Both the position numbers and the translations under genes were made by a program. Shown piece by piece: positions 1 to 9,620 of a stretch of 64,000 nt of DNA. The DNA is from an uncultured Sutterella sp. (GTDB taxonomy: Bacteria; Pseudomonadota; Gammaproteobacteria; Burkholderiales; Burkholderiaceae_F), in contig UQYP01000001.1 of the NCBI GenBank assembly GCA_900545335.1, forward strand, positions 77,775 to 141,774, read 5' to 3'. The first letter of the stretch is position 1. Each line of letters starts with the position of its first letter. Below the pieces are notes generated by a model. The model had not been told where the DNA came from. It saw nothing but the letters and a program-made list of their open reading frames with translations, and did no database searches.

Positions 1-1
1 A

Positions 2-1621
2 TGGAACCGATCAGATCCCAATCTCACGTGTTGGGATCTTTTTCACCGCTTACGCAACCAGAAAAATATTTCCAAAACCGTTGCCAGGGACACTTTAGCC
101 CTTATCAACTCTACGCGTTACAAAGGCATTACTGTCTGCAGAAAAGTCTCGGATATCCTTATCGATAAAGTTCCATCCACTGCCTTTACACGCCTGGTCA
201 TATTGATTCAGCAGGGGCGGATTTCTGAGGGCAGACAAGTTCTCAATACCCTTATTAAGAAAAAACGTTTGCCGGCTCAAGCTGCTCGCCTGGCTTTCAA
301 CAATCCGAACCGATGGTACCGTATCAACCGCAATAAATTATCAAAGCAAAATAAGCATGTCCGCATTATTGCCGCGTATCGACTGACCTCTGTTAATTTT
401 GATTGGGCCGTGAAAACAGCCAACTCTTTACAAGGGAAATTAAATAAAGAGGAAAAAAGTGCTCTTTGGGGACGATTAGGTTACGTAGCCGCTATCGGAC
501 ATGACCCCAAGGCACTTAATTGGTATGAGAAAGGCGGCGCGACAGTCTGTACGGGCCCCTACAGTGCACTTCCCAATGACTGTCTGGAGTGGCGGGCCCG
601 AGCTGCGTTAAGAGCCCAACAATGGAAAGCGCTTAACCGATACATTGCCTCGATGCCGGCTTCCCTAGCCAAACAAGACAACTGGACTTACTGGCGGGGG
701 CGTGCGCTTGAGCAGGCGGGGCAAAAACAATCAGCTCAAACCTATTGGCAGCGACTGCGCTCTGTCCGCACTTTCTACGGCAAGCTTGCTCACGAAGCGC
801 TTGGTCAATCTTTTTACTACTCAGGCAATGAAACCGTTGAGGCAACGCCTGAAGCCATTGAAGCGATGGGAAATAACCCGGGTTTGATTCGAGCCAAAGC
901 GTTCTACGACGTAGGAATGTTCTATGAAGGCAACCTTGAGTGGCAATGGTCAATACGAACCATGAATCCCGCTCAGCTGCTGGCCGCCTCTCAATGGGGA
1001 GAAAAACACTCTTTGCTACATCGGGCTATTAATACCGCCATTAAAGTGGCTGAACACTACCCCGTTGAGCATGAGCTTTTGTATCCTCGTCCCTTTGAAG
1101 ATGAAATCGAAACCTATGCAAAAAAGGCTGATGTTGACATCGATTGGGTTTTCGGATTGATACGACAGGAGTCTCGATTCATTGCTGCAGCCCAGTCAAA
1201 TGTCGGCGCTAACGGTCTGATGCAGATCATGCCTGCTACAGCCAAGTGGATTGCTAAAGGATTGGGAATCGAAAACTTTAAATCCGAAGACATTTACGAA
1301 ATTGATACCAATATCTATTTCGGCACCGCTTATTTACGCTCTTTATTAGATCGTCTGGATAACAATATCATTCTCGCTACTGCCGGTTATAACGCCGGGC
1401 CTAATCGAGCAAGCCGCTGGCAGCGCTCACTGCCGAATGTAACCGAAGCTGCCATTTTCATAGAGACTATTCCCTTTACGGAAACTCGAAACTATGTACA
1501 AAATGTTCTGGCCAATACGGTCGAATATGCTCATGGACAGAATAAAACCATAAAATCATTCAAAGACTGGTTGGGAGTGATTGATCCTGAAGCTGACACC
1601 ACCACGGAAGAAAAAATTTAA
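2..1621 (+). CDS. slt: Soluble lytic murein transglycosylase (Slt family), 5'-partial. The reading frame is open from the window edge, so the N-terminus lies upstream of the window.
   Basis: The ORF track shows 203..1621. I checked the same frame back to position 2 and found no stop codon. The C-terminal lysozyme-like domain carries the motif [25 protein letters not shown] with an upstream superhelical region. Confidence 0.8.
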   Translation, partial: WNRSDPNLTCWDLFHRLRNQKNISKTVARDTLALINSTRYKGITVCRKVSDILIDKVPSTAFTRLVILIQQGRISEGRQVLNTLIKKKRLPAQAARLAFNNPNRWYRINRNKLSKQNKHVRIIAAYRLTSVNFDWAVKTANSLQGKLNKEEKSALWGRLGYVAAIGHDPKALNWYEKGGATVCTGPYSALPNDCLEWRARAALRAQQWKALNRYIASMPASLAKQDNWTYWRGRALEQAGQKQSAQTYWQRLRSVRTFYGKLAHEALGQSFYYSGNETVEATPEAIEAMGNNPGLIRAKAFYDVGMFYEGNLEWQWSIRTMNPAQLLAASQWGEKHSLLHRAINTAIKVAEHYPVEHELLYPRPFEDEIETYAKKADVDIDWVFGLIRQESRFIAAAQSNVGANGLMQIMPATAKWIAKGLGIENFKSEDIYEIDTNIYFGTAYLRSLLDRLDNNIILATAGYNAGPNRASRWQRSLPNVTEAAIFIETIPFTETRNYVQNVLANTVEYAHGQNKTIKSFKDWLGVIDPEADTTTEEKI

Positions 1622-1623
1622 CT

Positions 1624-2700
1624 ATGCATATTTATCTTGTAGGCGGTTTTGTCCGCGATCTCTACCTGACAAAAGAACTCGGATACCCCGAACACAAAGG
1701 GGATCGGGATTGGGTCGTCGTGGGCAGTACGCCTGAAGAAATGATCAAAAAAGGCTTTTTTCCTGTCGGAAAAGACTTCCCGGTCTTTCTTCACCCTCAA
1801 ACTCATGAAGAGTACGCTTTGGCTCGTACTGAACGAAAAATTGCTGCGGGCTATCACGGCTTTGTCTTTCACACTTCAGAGACGATCTCTTTGGAAGAAG
1901 ATCTCAGGCGCAGAGATCTCACCATCAACGCCATGGCTTTAGATGGCGACCATTTAATTGATCCGTATGGAGGCCTTAACGACATACGAAATAAACTTTT
2001 ACGGCATGTTTCGGAGGCTTTTAAAGAGGATCCTGTACGCATTTTGCGCATTGCCCGCTTCAGTGCCAAATTACCTGACTTCCGCATCGCACCGGAAACA
2101 CTCGAATTACTCAAGGAAATGGTTGCCAATGGCGAAGCCGACAGTTTAGTACCGGAACGTGTTTTTCTTGAAATGCGTAAAACACTTTCTGAGAAAACCC
2201 CGTCCCGTTTTGTGACAGTATTGCAAAAATGCGGACTTTGGCAGCGATTTTTCAATAACTTCCGGGTTGATCAAACTGTTTTTTCGCTTCTGGATAACAA
2301 TCACCAACTTGAGGAAAACGAAAAGTTTGCACTGCTTACGCACAACGAGGATGACATCAACAAAATTAAAAAATTTATCTCGATCCTCAAACCTCCGGCT
2401 GATATCTCCGACACGGTTTTCCTGTGGAATAAACTCAAAAAGAGGTTTGACAATAAGGAGCCGGAAAATATTTTGAAAATCATTGAAGAGACCGATGCCA
2501 TCAGGCGTCCGCAACGACTCAAAAGCGTCTTAAATTTAGCTCATGCGATTTACGGAACAGATACGAAACTTTGGCTCGCGGCTCTTGAACACATAAAGAA
2601 AATGGATTCGGCTAAAATCGCCGCCTCCTGTTCAGATAAATCCATGATCGGTCATGCACTGCATTGTGCACGACTTCGAATCATTGAGGGACTGATTTGA
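1624..2700 (+). CDS. cca: tRNA nucleotidyltransferase (CCA-adding enzyme / polyA polymerase family head domain). At 358 aa it has no C-terminal HD phosphohydrolase domain.
   Basis: The N-terminus is [15 protein letters not shown]...GDRDWVV, which contains the nucleotidyltransferase GG/DxD motifs. It lies 2 nt after the slt stop codon. Confidence 0.85.
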   Translation: MHIYLVGGFVRDLYLTKELGYPEHKGDRDWVVVGSTPEEMIKKGFFPVGKDFPVFLHPQTHEEYALARTERKIAAGYHGFVFHTSETISLEEDLRRRDLTINAMALDGDHLIDPYGGLNDIRNKLLRHVSEAFKEDPVRILRIARFSAKLPDFRIAPETLELLKEMVANGEADSLVPERVFLEMRKTLSEKTPSRFVTVLQKCGLWQRFFNNFRVDQTVFSLLDNNHQLEENEKFALLTHNEDDINKIKKFISILKPPADISDTVFLWNKLKKRFDNKEPENILKIIEETDAIRRPQRLKSVLNLAHAIYGTDTKLWLAALEHIKKMDSAKIAASCSDKSMIGHALHCARLRIIEGLI

Positions 2701-2701
2701 T

Positions 2702-3088
2702 ATGTCTTGGTACAACCATCCGTTATTGAAAGATTCGCGTCATATCCTTATCAAAGATGTTGAAAGAAATATGATGATCGGGGCTTATGAGCACGAAAAG
2801 GTTGCTGCTCAACCGGTCGTGATCAATGTGGAACTTTTCGTCAACACTCAAAAAGAAGGCGATGATCTCAGTAATGCCTATAACTATGATGAAGTCATTG
2901 AAACCATTGACTCCATCTTAAGTGAAGGACACATATGTCTACAGGAAACACTCGTAGACTTAATCGCTGAGCGATTGCTTCGTAATCCATTGCTCATAGC
3001 GGTTGTTGTCAGAAGCGAGAAGACTCAGGCTTATCCGGGTGTGAAGAGCGCCGGGGTTGAAATTTTTAAGGTGCGTCATGACCGATAA
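2702..3088 (+). CDS. folB: Dihydroneopterin aldolase
   Basis: The 128-aa product reads [31 protein letters not shown], a typical FolB fold signature. Its start is 2 nt after the cca stop. Confidence 0.75.
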   Translation: MSWYNHPLLKDSRHILIKDVERNMMIGAYEHEKVAAQPVVINVELFVNTQKEGDDLSNAYNYDEVIETIDSILSEGHICLQETLVDLIAERLLRNPLLIAVVVRSEKTQAYPGVKSAGVEIFKVRHDR

Positions 3089-3974
3089 GATTATTCCCAT
3101 TGTTGAAGACAAAAATATTGCAATCGAAGACGATACGGTAGAGATAACCGTCGACGGGAAAAAGCCTAAAAAGTCTGTGGCTGAAAAAAAGAATGAAAAG
3201 CGAATCATGCGGCTTGCCGGAAAGGCGATTGCGGAATTCGGCATGATTGAAGGCGGCGATAAAGTCATGGTTTGTATGTCCGGCGGCAAAGACAGTTACG
3301 TGTTGCTCGACGTATTAATGAAGCTGCAAAAAAGAGCCCCTGTTCCATTTGAACTGATTGCTCTTAACGTTGATCAGCATTTACCCAACTTCCCTAAGGA
3401 TGTTATTCCGAACTACCTGGAAAAAATAGGCGTGCCCTATCACATAGAAGACCAAGACACCTGGTCGATTGTCAAAAGAGTGATTCCCGAGGGGCGCAAC
3501 GTCTGCTCGGTCTGTTCACGATTGCGCCGAGGCATCATTTATCGGGTAGCAAAAGAACTCGGTGTTACCAAAATTGCGCTGGGTCACCACATGGACGATA
3601 TCGTCAGTACTTTGCTACTGAATATGTTCTACGGCGGAAGACTCAAAGGAATGCCTCCTATTCTCAGAAGCGATGACGGTCAAAACGTCATCATCCGACC
3701 GCTTGCCTACGTTCGCGAATATGAAATTGAACGCTGGGTTAAGTATCGCGATTACCCTATTATTTCCAAGGAAATATGCCGCAAAATTGAAAATAAGAAG
3801 CGAGCGGAAATCAAAGCCCTGATGCGCGAATGGGATCAGAAATACGATAGCCGAATCTATAACATCCTCATGAGTATGACACGGGTTGCGCCGTCACACC
3901 TGATGGATAAGTCTATCTATGACTTTAAAACCTTAATTCCGGATGCTTTGAAAAACGCAGATATAGAAAGCTAG
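3078..3974 (+). CDS. ttcA: tRNA 2-thiocytidine(32) synthetase TtcA (PP-loop ATPase)
   Basis: The PP-loop motif [17 protein letters not shown] is present, as is the Cys pair [11 protein letters not shown] placed the start at the internal Met (MTDKII) rather than the ORF-track start at 3057, to avoid overlapping the folB 3' end. Confidence 0.85.
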   Translation: MTDKIIPIVEDKNIAIEDDTVEITVDGKKPKKSVAEKKNEKRIMRLAGKAIAEFGMIEGGDKVMVCMSGGKDSYVLLDVLMKLQKRAPVPFELIALNVDQHLPNFPKDVIPNYLEKIGVPYHIEDQDTWSIVKRVIPEGRNVCSVCSRLRRGIIYRVAKELGVTKIALGHHMDDIVSTLLLNMFYGGRLKGMPPILRSDDGQNVIIRPLAYVREYEIERWVKYRDYPIISKEICRKIENKKRAEIKALMREWDQKYDSRIYNILMSMTRVAPSHLMDKSIYDFKTLIPDALKNADIES

Positions 3975-4879
3975 CCGTTCGCTTTTTGCGATAAAAGCCA
4001 CTGATAGACATCTTCTCGGCTGCAACCGATAATTTTTGCAGCCGTAGCTGCGGCTTTAGAACTTGGCATGGCCTGGGCAAGAGCCCGAACCCATTTTTTA
4101 TCTTTCTCTGTTAACTCAAGCGTCTCTGAACTTGGTGCTGCGTCCACCAAAATGACATATTCCCCTCTGGGTTCGTAGTCTTTTATCCATTCGGAGAGCT
4201 CCTGAGCCGTCATCGCAGTAAAGGTTTCAAATTTTTTAGTGATTTCTCTGGCAATCACAACGCGTCTTTGCGGCTGGGCTAATTCGGCTAAATCTTTAAG
4301 CACCTCTTTTATACGGTGCGGGGCCTCATACAAAACAAAACTGTCTTTTTGACCGAGAAGAACACTCAGTTGTTCATGTCTTGCTTTTGCCTGCGACGGT
4401 AAAAATCCCACAAAATGAAAACCTGTGGGTTCCAATCCGGCTGCCGACAAAGCTGTAATGACGGCGCTCGGCCCGGGAATCGGGATAACTCTGAAACCGT
4501 GACGAATCACTTCACGAACGAGCCGTGCTCCAGGATCAGAAACAGCTGGGGTGCCTGCATCGGTAACCATCGCAACCTTTTCGCCCTTTTGCAGACGTTC
4601 AATTATCATATGGGACTGAGCAATTTCATTGTGTTCCCGAACACTTACGGTTGGGACATTAATGGAGAAGCGCTCCAAAAGTTTTTTGGTCTCTCGCGTA
4701 TCTTCGGCAGCGATGATATCTGCGCCGGCAAGTACCCACAACGCTCTGAGCGTAATGTCGGCGGCATTTCCGATCGGCAGGCCCACAATATACAACGCGG
4801 CATCCGGAAGAGTTTGCGATTGAAGACCGGCCATTTGCATTAGCAATTGTTCCGACCATTGATTTAATTTGGATTGCAT
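3971..4879 (-). CDS. rsmI: 16S rRNA (cytidine1402-2'-O)-methyltransferase RsmI
   Basis: It belongs to the tetrapyrrole-methylase superfamily. The sequence [40 protein letters not shown] and the downstream motifs DAGTP and REITKKFE align with E. coli RsmI. Confidence 0.85.
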   Translation of the reverse strand: MQSKLNQWSEQLLMQMAGLQSQTLPDAALYIVGLPIGNAADITLRALWVLAGADIIAAEDTRETKKLLERFSINVPTVSVREHNEIAQSHMIIERLQKGEKVAMVTDAGTPAVSDPGARLVREVIRHGFRVIPIPGPSAVITALSAAGLEPTGFHFVGFLPSQAKARHEQLSVLLGQKDSFVLYEAPHRIKEVLKDLAELAQPQRRVVIAREITKKFETFTAMTAQELSEWIKDYEPRGEYVILVDAAPSSETLELTEKDKKWVRALAQAMPSSKAAATAAKIIGCSREDVYQWLLSQKANG

Positions 4880-4880
4880 C

Positions 4881-6170
4881 GTGAGTACTCGTTTACTTGT
4901 TCGTGTTTTTTGTTTGGCTATTGTAGCGAGCTTTAGCTCGTTGAGCTCAGCTCAATCTGCGATTTCATTTGCTGTCTCCGATACAGGTTTTGCACCGACG
5001 GAAACTCAAACGCATAATCGGGGAAAAATTGCCGTCCTGATGCCTACAGCAGACAGTCCGCTCAATGTTTTTGCCAATTCTATCGTTCAGGGTATTCAAG
5101 CCGAAAATTCGCAGCAGCTTTCCCCCTATGAAATCATTTTGCTGCCAAGAAAAAACGGACAAAATGCACTCTCTCACTTACAGGATGCAGCCTTAATGGG
5201 CGCAGTTGTTGCCATTGGCCCCATCAGCCGCGATGATGTTAACGAAGTCTCTTTACTGCCTTTCCTGCCGTTACCCGTTGTGGCTTTAAATTACCCGCAA
5301 AATGGAGTCACATCACCGGAATTGATGATGAATTACGCCTTGTCCCAAGAAGAAGAGGCTAAACAAATTACGGCTATCGCTGTTAAAGCATTACCCATTA
5401 ACGAAGACGGTACCGTTTCTCAAGTCGCCATTTTTGAAGCTGACGCTCCGCTTGAGCACCGCATCGCAGATACGTTCGCTCAGGAATTACAAAAACTTGC
5501 CATCCCTTATACACGGCAGACACTCACCGAAGAGCTCATGCAGCAGCCTAAGTTTTATACCCTGGATGACACGCTCCTGCCCAAGCCTGAATTGGAACCG
5601 CTGCCTGATGCAACAGAAGATCCTTATGCTCATCAACGTGTAAAGCTTCGCAACCAAAGACTTTTATCAGAGTACCGCGCCAAACTTGAGTTTGAAGCCG
5701 CGCCCTATCAGGCAGCTTTTTTGGTCATGGATGCCAGAACCGCAGCACTCGTTAAGCCGCGCTTACCTCGTACAGCCCGTGTTTGGGGAACCAGCATGAT
5801 TAATCCGGGAGACACTCAGCAAAGTGCGGTGGCCTCTTTAACATATGACCTGCAAAATGCTGGCTTTGTTGATTCGCCTCTGATCGTGCACTTCAACAAT
5901 GCCGACTTTAAGGCCAGTTTCGGTGTTCCCGCTCCGAATTCATTGCTTGAACGGCGGCTTTTTGCATTTGGTGTCGACTCATACCGCCTGGCCTGCGCCT
6001 GGATAAAATGGCAGCCAGTCATTACAGTAGACGGAACAACCGGTAAACTGAGTTTTCAGCAATACCTCAGCGCCAATGTAGAGCGCATAGCTCAACCGAG
6101 CATTGTTTCCAACGGAAAAGTGGAAAACGTGACAGCAGAAGAGCTCGCCCAACCTTTGCAACGTCCTTAA
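4881..6170 (+). CDS. Periplasmic LpoA-like protein (penicillin-binding protein activator, YraM family C-terminal-domain type). It has a signal peptide but no lipobox.
   Basis: It is divergent from rsmI, which matches the conserved rsmI/lpoA(yraM) synteny. The signal peptide reads STRLLVRVFCLAIVASFSSLSSAQSA. The start codon is ambiguous (TTG at 4869 or GTG at 4881). The family assignment rests mainly on synteny, so treat it as tentative. Confidence 0.5.
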   Translation: MSTRLLVRVFCLAIVASFSSLSSAQSAISFAVSDTGFAPTETQTHNRGKIAVLMPTADSPLNVFANSIVQGIQAENSQQLSPYEIILLPRKNGQNALSHLQDAALMGAVVAIGPISRDDVNEVSLLPFLPLPVVALNYPQNGVTSPELMMNYALSQEEEAKQITAIAVKALPINEDGTVSQVAIFEADAPLEHRIADTFAQELQKLAIPYTRQTLTEELMQQPKFYTLDDTLLPKPELEPLPDATEDPYAHQRVKLRNQRLLSEYRAKLEFEAAPYQAAFLVMDARTAALVKPRLPRTARVWGTSMINPGDTQQSAVASLTYDLQNAGFVDSPLIVHFNNADFKASFGVPAPNSLLERRLFAFGVDSYRLACAWIKWQPVITVDGTTGKLSFQQYLSANVERIAQPSIVSNGKVENVTAEELAQPLQRP

Positions 6171-6176
6171 TTCTTT

Positions 6177-7892
6177 ATGACTACTTTAGTGACACTCCAG
6201 GCCGCCGAATTAGCATTCGGCGACCAGCCTCTTTTGGATCATGCTGATTTAACCGTTGCAGACGGTGAAAGAATCGGCATCATCGGTCGTAACGGCACCG
6301 GTAAAAGCTCGCTTTTGCGTGTCATTGCAGGCGCTGACAAACTCGATGACGGCACCAAAACCGTCATGGACGGTCTGGGTATTGCCTACGTCGAGCAGGA
6401 GCCCTTTCTGCCCGAAGCGCAGACGTTGCGAGAGTCCCTCATTTTGCGGGGGAAATTAGATGAAGAAAGTGATGAACAGATTAAGTGGCGGCAGATTGCA
6501 AAACTTGACGAATATCTTCATCGCTTTGAACTCAATGCTGACAGACCGCTCCATGGCGCTTCCGGCGGGGAGAAAAAAAGGGCGGCTTTGGCACTCGCTT
6601 TTGCTCAAAATAAAGACCTTTTGCTTTTGGATGAGCCAACCAACCACCTGGATATCGACGCGATTTTAATTCTCGAAGAATTAATCAAAAATGAATATCG
6701 AGGCTCAAAATCCCTGATGGTGATTACTCATGACAGAGCCTTTTTAGATTCCGTGAGCACTCGCATCATTGAGTTGGATCGGGGCATCCTCAGAAGCTAT
6801 CCGGGTAATTTTGATGCCTATGAAAACCGTAAAGAGCAGGAGCTGGCTGCAGAGGATATCGCCCGCAGGAAATTTGATAAATTTTGGGCTCAGGAAGAAG
6901 TCTGGATACGTAAGGGAATTGAGGCACGAAGAACCAGAAATGAAGGCCGTGTGAGACGCCTGGAGCGTTTACGTGAAGAACGTGCAGCCAGACGCGATCG
7001 CTTGGGGCAAATTAATCTCAATATCGATGCCGGAATGAAAAGCGGCAAGATTGTTGCAGAACTTGAAAAAGTGAGCCTGGCCTTTGACGACAAAGTGATC
7101 GTCAAGGACCTTGACTTCAAATTGCTCCGAGGCGACCGCTTAGGTCTTGTTGGACACAACGGTGTAGGAAAGAGCACATTGATTTCCCTTATTTTGGGAA
7201 AACGTCAGCCGGATAGCGGAAGCGTTAAATTAGGAACCAATCTCCAAATCGCTTACTTTGATCAATTGCGTGCACAATTGGATCCCAATAAAACCGTTGC
7301 AGAAACCATTTCTCCGGGCAGTGAGTGGATTGAAGTTGGTGGGAGTAAAAAACACATAATGGCCTATCTTGGGGACTTTCTATTTCCGCCAAGACGCGCC
7401 AATGTTCCGGTATCCAATTTATCCGGAGGCGAACGAAATCGTTTGCTTTTAGCCAGATTGTTTGCTCTTCCTGCTAACCTGCTGGTGCTTGACGAACCGA
7501 CCAATGATTTGGATATCGACTCGCTTGAACTTTTAGAGCAGACTCTGCAGACTTATCCCGGCACCTTAATCCTCGTCAGTCATGACCGACGTTTCTTAGA
7601 CAACGTCGTCACAGAGGTTTTAGCGCCTGAAGGAAACGGGCTTTGGCGAGAATATGTCGGAGGCTATTCAGATTGGCAGCACTACAGACCCAAGACAGAG
7701 CCTATAGTTAAAAAAGAGCCTTCTGTCGATAAAATTGCACAAAAAAGGCCTAAAACTGTCAAACTCAAGTTAACTTACAAAGAAAATAAAGAATTGGAGG
7801 CCTTACCGGAACATCTGATGCAACTTGAAGCTCAGCGTGATGAATTGATTTCTGCAATGAACGCTCTCAAGTCACGGTGCTCAGGATATTAA
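6177..7892 (+). CDS. uup: ABC-F family ATPase Uup-like (two ABC domains). The annotated frame ends prematurely; the C-terminal coiled-coil domain continues in the +1 frame to 7998.
   Basis: There are two Walker A motifs (GRNGTGKSS and GHNGVGKST), two signature motifs (ASGGEKKRAAL and LSGGERNRLLL), and an inter-domain linker. The out-of-frame segment 7861..7998 encodes ...QGYQRWEELENKKAL, which matches the Uup C-terminus (...FERWEYLEAL). Confidence 0.8.
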   Translation: MTTLVTLQAAELAFGDQPLLDHADLTVADGERIGIIGRNGTGKSSLLRVIAGADKLDDGTKTVMDGLGIAYVEQEPFLPEAQTLRESLILRGKLDEESDEQIKWRQIAKLDEYLHRFELNADRPLHGASGGEKKRAALALAFAQNKDLLLLDEPTNHLDIDAILILEELIKNEYRGSKSLMVITHDRAFLDSVSTRIIELDRGILRSYPGNFDAYENRKEQELAAEDIARRKFDKFWAQEEVWIRKGIEARRTRNEGRVRRLERLREERAARRDRLGQINLNIDAGMKSGKIVAELEKVSLAFDDKVIVKDLDFKLLRGDRLGLVGHNGVGKSTLISLILGKRQPDSGSVKLGTNLQIAYFDQLRAQLDPNKTVAETISPGSEWIEVGGSKKHIMAYLGDFLFPPRRANVPVSNLSGGERNRLLLARLFALPANLLVLDEPTNDLDIDSLELLEQTLQTYPGTLILVSHDRRFLDNVVTEVLAPEGNGLWREYVGGYSDWQHYRPKTEPIVKKEPSVDKIAQKRPKTVKLKLTYKENKELEALPEHLMQLEAQRDELISAMNALKSRCSGY

Positions 7893-8015
7893 ACAACAGA
7901 CAGAAGCACTTCAAAACTTGGAAACTGAAATCAGTCAGGGGTATCAACGCTGGGAAGAGCTGGAAAATAAAAAAGCGCTCTGTGAGAATAACAAATAAGA
8001 ACCTTTATCATTTAC

Positions 8016-8056
8016 AAAAACTATCGAAAACAAATTTTCGATAGTTTTTCTCTATT
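8016..8056 (+). terminator. Rho-independent terminator downstream of uup. It has a perfect 15-bp inverted repeat, AAAAACTATCGAAAA / TTTTCGATAGTTTTT, followed by a T-rich tract.
   Basis: Seen directly in the sequence at 8016..8049, with a 4-nt loop (caaa). It sits 18 nt after the +1-frame stop at 7998. Confidence 0.7.
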
Positions 8057-8113
8057 AAATAATTAGGATTTATTGAAAAATTTCAGATAGATCCTTATTA
8101 TTCGCCTTCTATT

Positions 8114-8132
8114 GATAATGATTATCATTTGT
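8114..8132 (+). promoter_or_regulatory. Fur box (ferric uptake regulator operator) in the promoter of the heme-uptake operon
   Basis: GATAATGATTATCATTTGT matches the 19-bp Fur consensus GATAATGATAATCATTATC at 15 of 19 positions. A second AT-rich hexamer array (GTAATAATGATTTTCGATT) lies immediately downstream. The box is about 45 nt upstream of the ATG at 8175. Confidence 0.7.
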
Positions 8133-8174
8133 AATAATGATTTTCGATTTATTTCTATTGATAAAGGGCGGCAG

Positions 8175-9578
8175 ATGCAGCAAAAGAGCCTTCACAAATC
8201 ATTTGAGTCATCCCAGCGTTCCATGATGGGAAATCACGCTTCTGCTTTGGAAGATATGGTTCATTTCGAAGCAGAAATTACTGATAACCCGTTAAAAAAC
8301 GCTTTCAAAGGCAAAGCTGCCGTCCACACTCATATTCCCGGACTAAGCTACATGGGTGATGAAGCCATTTCTGTAATTAAGAATCAATACGAAAATAAAA
8401 GACAGGGGACAAGTTTGGCCTACATCAACGTCCCTTTTTGCGAAACCCGCTGCCTATACTGCCTTTTTTATCAAAATCCGCTTCAAGCAGAGTCCAGTGA
8501 GCATTACACCAACCTGCTGATTAAAGAATTACAGCTTTGGAGTGATATGCCCGCTCAAAAAAACGAGCCCATCCATGCCGTTTATTTTGGGGGCGGCACT
8601 CCAACTGCTTTAAATCCTCAGGATCTCTATCGCTTAATCACCGCAGTCAAAACCTATTTGCCGCTTGCCAATGACTGCGAAATGACGCTTGAAGGCAGAA
8701 TTCATCATTTCCCGGAAGAGAAAATGGAAGCCGCCTTCAAAGCCGGCATCAATCGCGTCTCACTCGGCGTTCAAACTTTTAACACTCAGGTTCGACAAAC
8801 AATGAGACGGGTCGATGACCGAGACACAATGATTCGCGCCATCGAAACACTCGCATCATTTAACCAGGCAAGCATTGTTTGTGACTTGATTTACGGCTTT
8901 CCCTATCAGGACATGTCTGTCTGGGAAGACGATGTTAAAACCGCAATCACGTTGCCGCTCGATGGCATTGACTGCTATCAGTTAAACGTTTTTGAAAAGT
9001 CCCCGCTCGGTAAATTTATCGCAAACGGCAAGCTTCCTGCCGGAGCTGATAAAGAAGAACGCGCAGAAATGTTTGCTCGATCTGTTGAACTCTTGACAAA
9101 TGCCCAATGGCGCCGTCTTTCGAATAACCACTGGTGCCAAACGTTCCGCGAACGCAATATCTATAACCGCTTCGGCAAAAGTGCAGCCGATTGTCTTGCC
9201 TTTGGAAGCGGAGCCGGCGGAAAGTTAAACGGCTACAGCTTCATGATCGAAAGAAAGTACGACGAGTGGGCTAAAAAAATTGAAAACGACATTAAACCCA
9301 TTGCTTTTGCAAGTGCTCCGAACGATCACTGGCACGCCCTGCGTACGGTCTCCTCCGAAATGGAACTCGGACGCATCAACATGCGCCGTTTAAGCGACAT
9401 TTATTCCCTGCCTCTTGAAGCGCTCAGTCAGGATGTTTTCAAACAATGGACTAAAGCCGGTCTGATTAATCCGGTCAGTGACTGGATGGTGCAGACCGTT
9501 GCCGGTCAATTCTGGCATACCACGATGGCGCAATTACTGGTCAATGTTTTAACTAAGCGGCTCGCACAAGCCAAGTAA
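8175..9578 (+). CDS. hutW: HemN-family (class C) radical SAM enzyme, ChuW/HutW-like putative anaerobic heme-degrading methyltransferase
   Basis: It has the CxxxCxxC motif (CETRCLYC) in YINVPFCETRCLYCLF, the HemN GGGTP motif (VYFGGGTPTAL), and a HemN_C-like C-terminus. It lacks the PRYTSYPTA motif of true HemN. It sits first in a Fur-box operon with a TonB-dependent receptor and a HutX-like gene. An AAGGG Shine-Dalgarno sequence lies 6 nt upstream. The ORF-track start at 8112 overlaps the Fur box, so I rejected it. Confidence 0.6.
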   Translation: MQQKSLHKSFESSQRSMMGNHASALEDMVHFEAEITDNPLKNAFKGKAAVHTHIPGLSYMGDEAISVIKNQYENKRQGTSLAYINVPFCETRCLYCLFYQNPLQAESSEHYTNLLIKELQLWSDMPAQKNEPIHAVYFGGGTPTALNPQDLYRLITAVKTYLPLANDCEMTLEGRIHHFPEEKMEAAFKAGINRVSLGVQTFNTQVRQTMRRVDDRDTMIRAIETLASFNQASIVCDLIYGFPYQDMSVWEDDVKTAITLPLDGIDCYQLNVFEKSPLGKFIANGKLPAGADKEERAEMFARSVELLTNAQWRRLSNNHWCQTFRERNIYNRFGKSAADCLAFGSGAGGKLNGYSFMIERKYDEWAKKIENDIKPIAFASAPNDHWHALRTVSSEMELGRINMRRLSDIYSLPLEALSQDVFKQWTKAGLINPVSDWMVQTVAGQFWHTTMAQLLVNVLTKRLAQAK

Positions 9579-9620
9579 AGATTTTTCAACCAAAAGAGAA
9601 AAGCTAATAACTGTTTCTCT

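Noticed and set aside
633-953. Small and medium ORFs nested antisense in slt, cca, rsmI, the receptor and others (for example 633..953 -, 1869..2255 -, 4415..4843 +, 9728..10009 -)
   Set aside because: They are nested in well-supported genes and have no motifs or context. I consider them spurious.
7893-8111. Possible tRNA, sRNA or mobile-element remnant in the AT-rich gap before the heme operon
   Set aside because: I found no cloverleaf-compatible sequence, integrase or IS inverted repeats. The content is explained by the uup terminator plus the Fur-regulated promoter. An sRNA cannot be excluded without expression data.
8112-8174. ORF-track start of the radical SAM gene at 8112 (MIMIIICNNDFRF…)
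   Set aside because: This N-terminal extension lies inside the Fur box and the AT-rich promoter region. The downstream ATG at 8175 has an AAGGG Shine-Dalgarno sequence and gives a HemN-family-like N-terminus.
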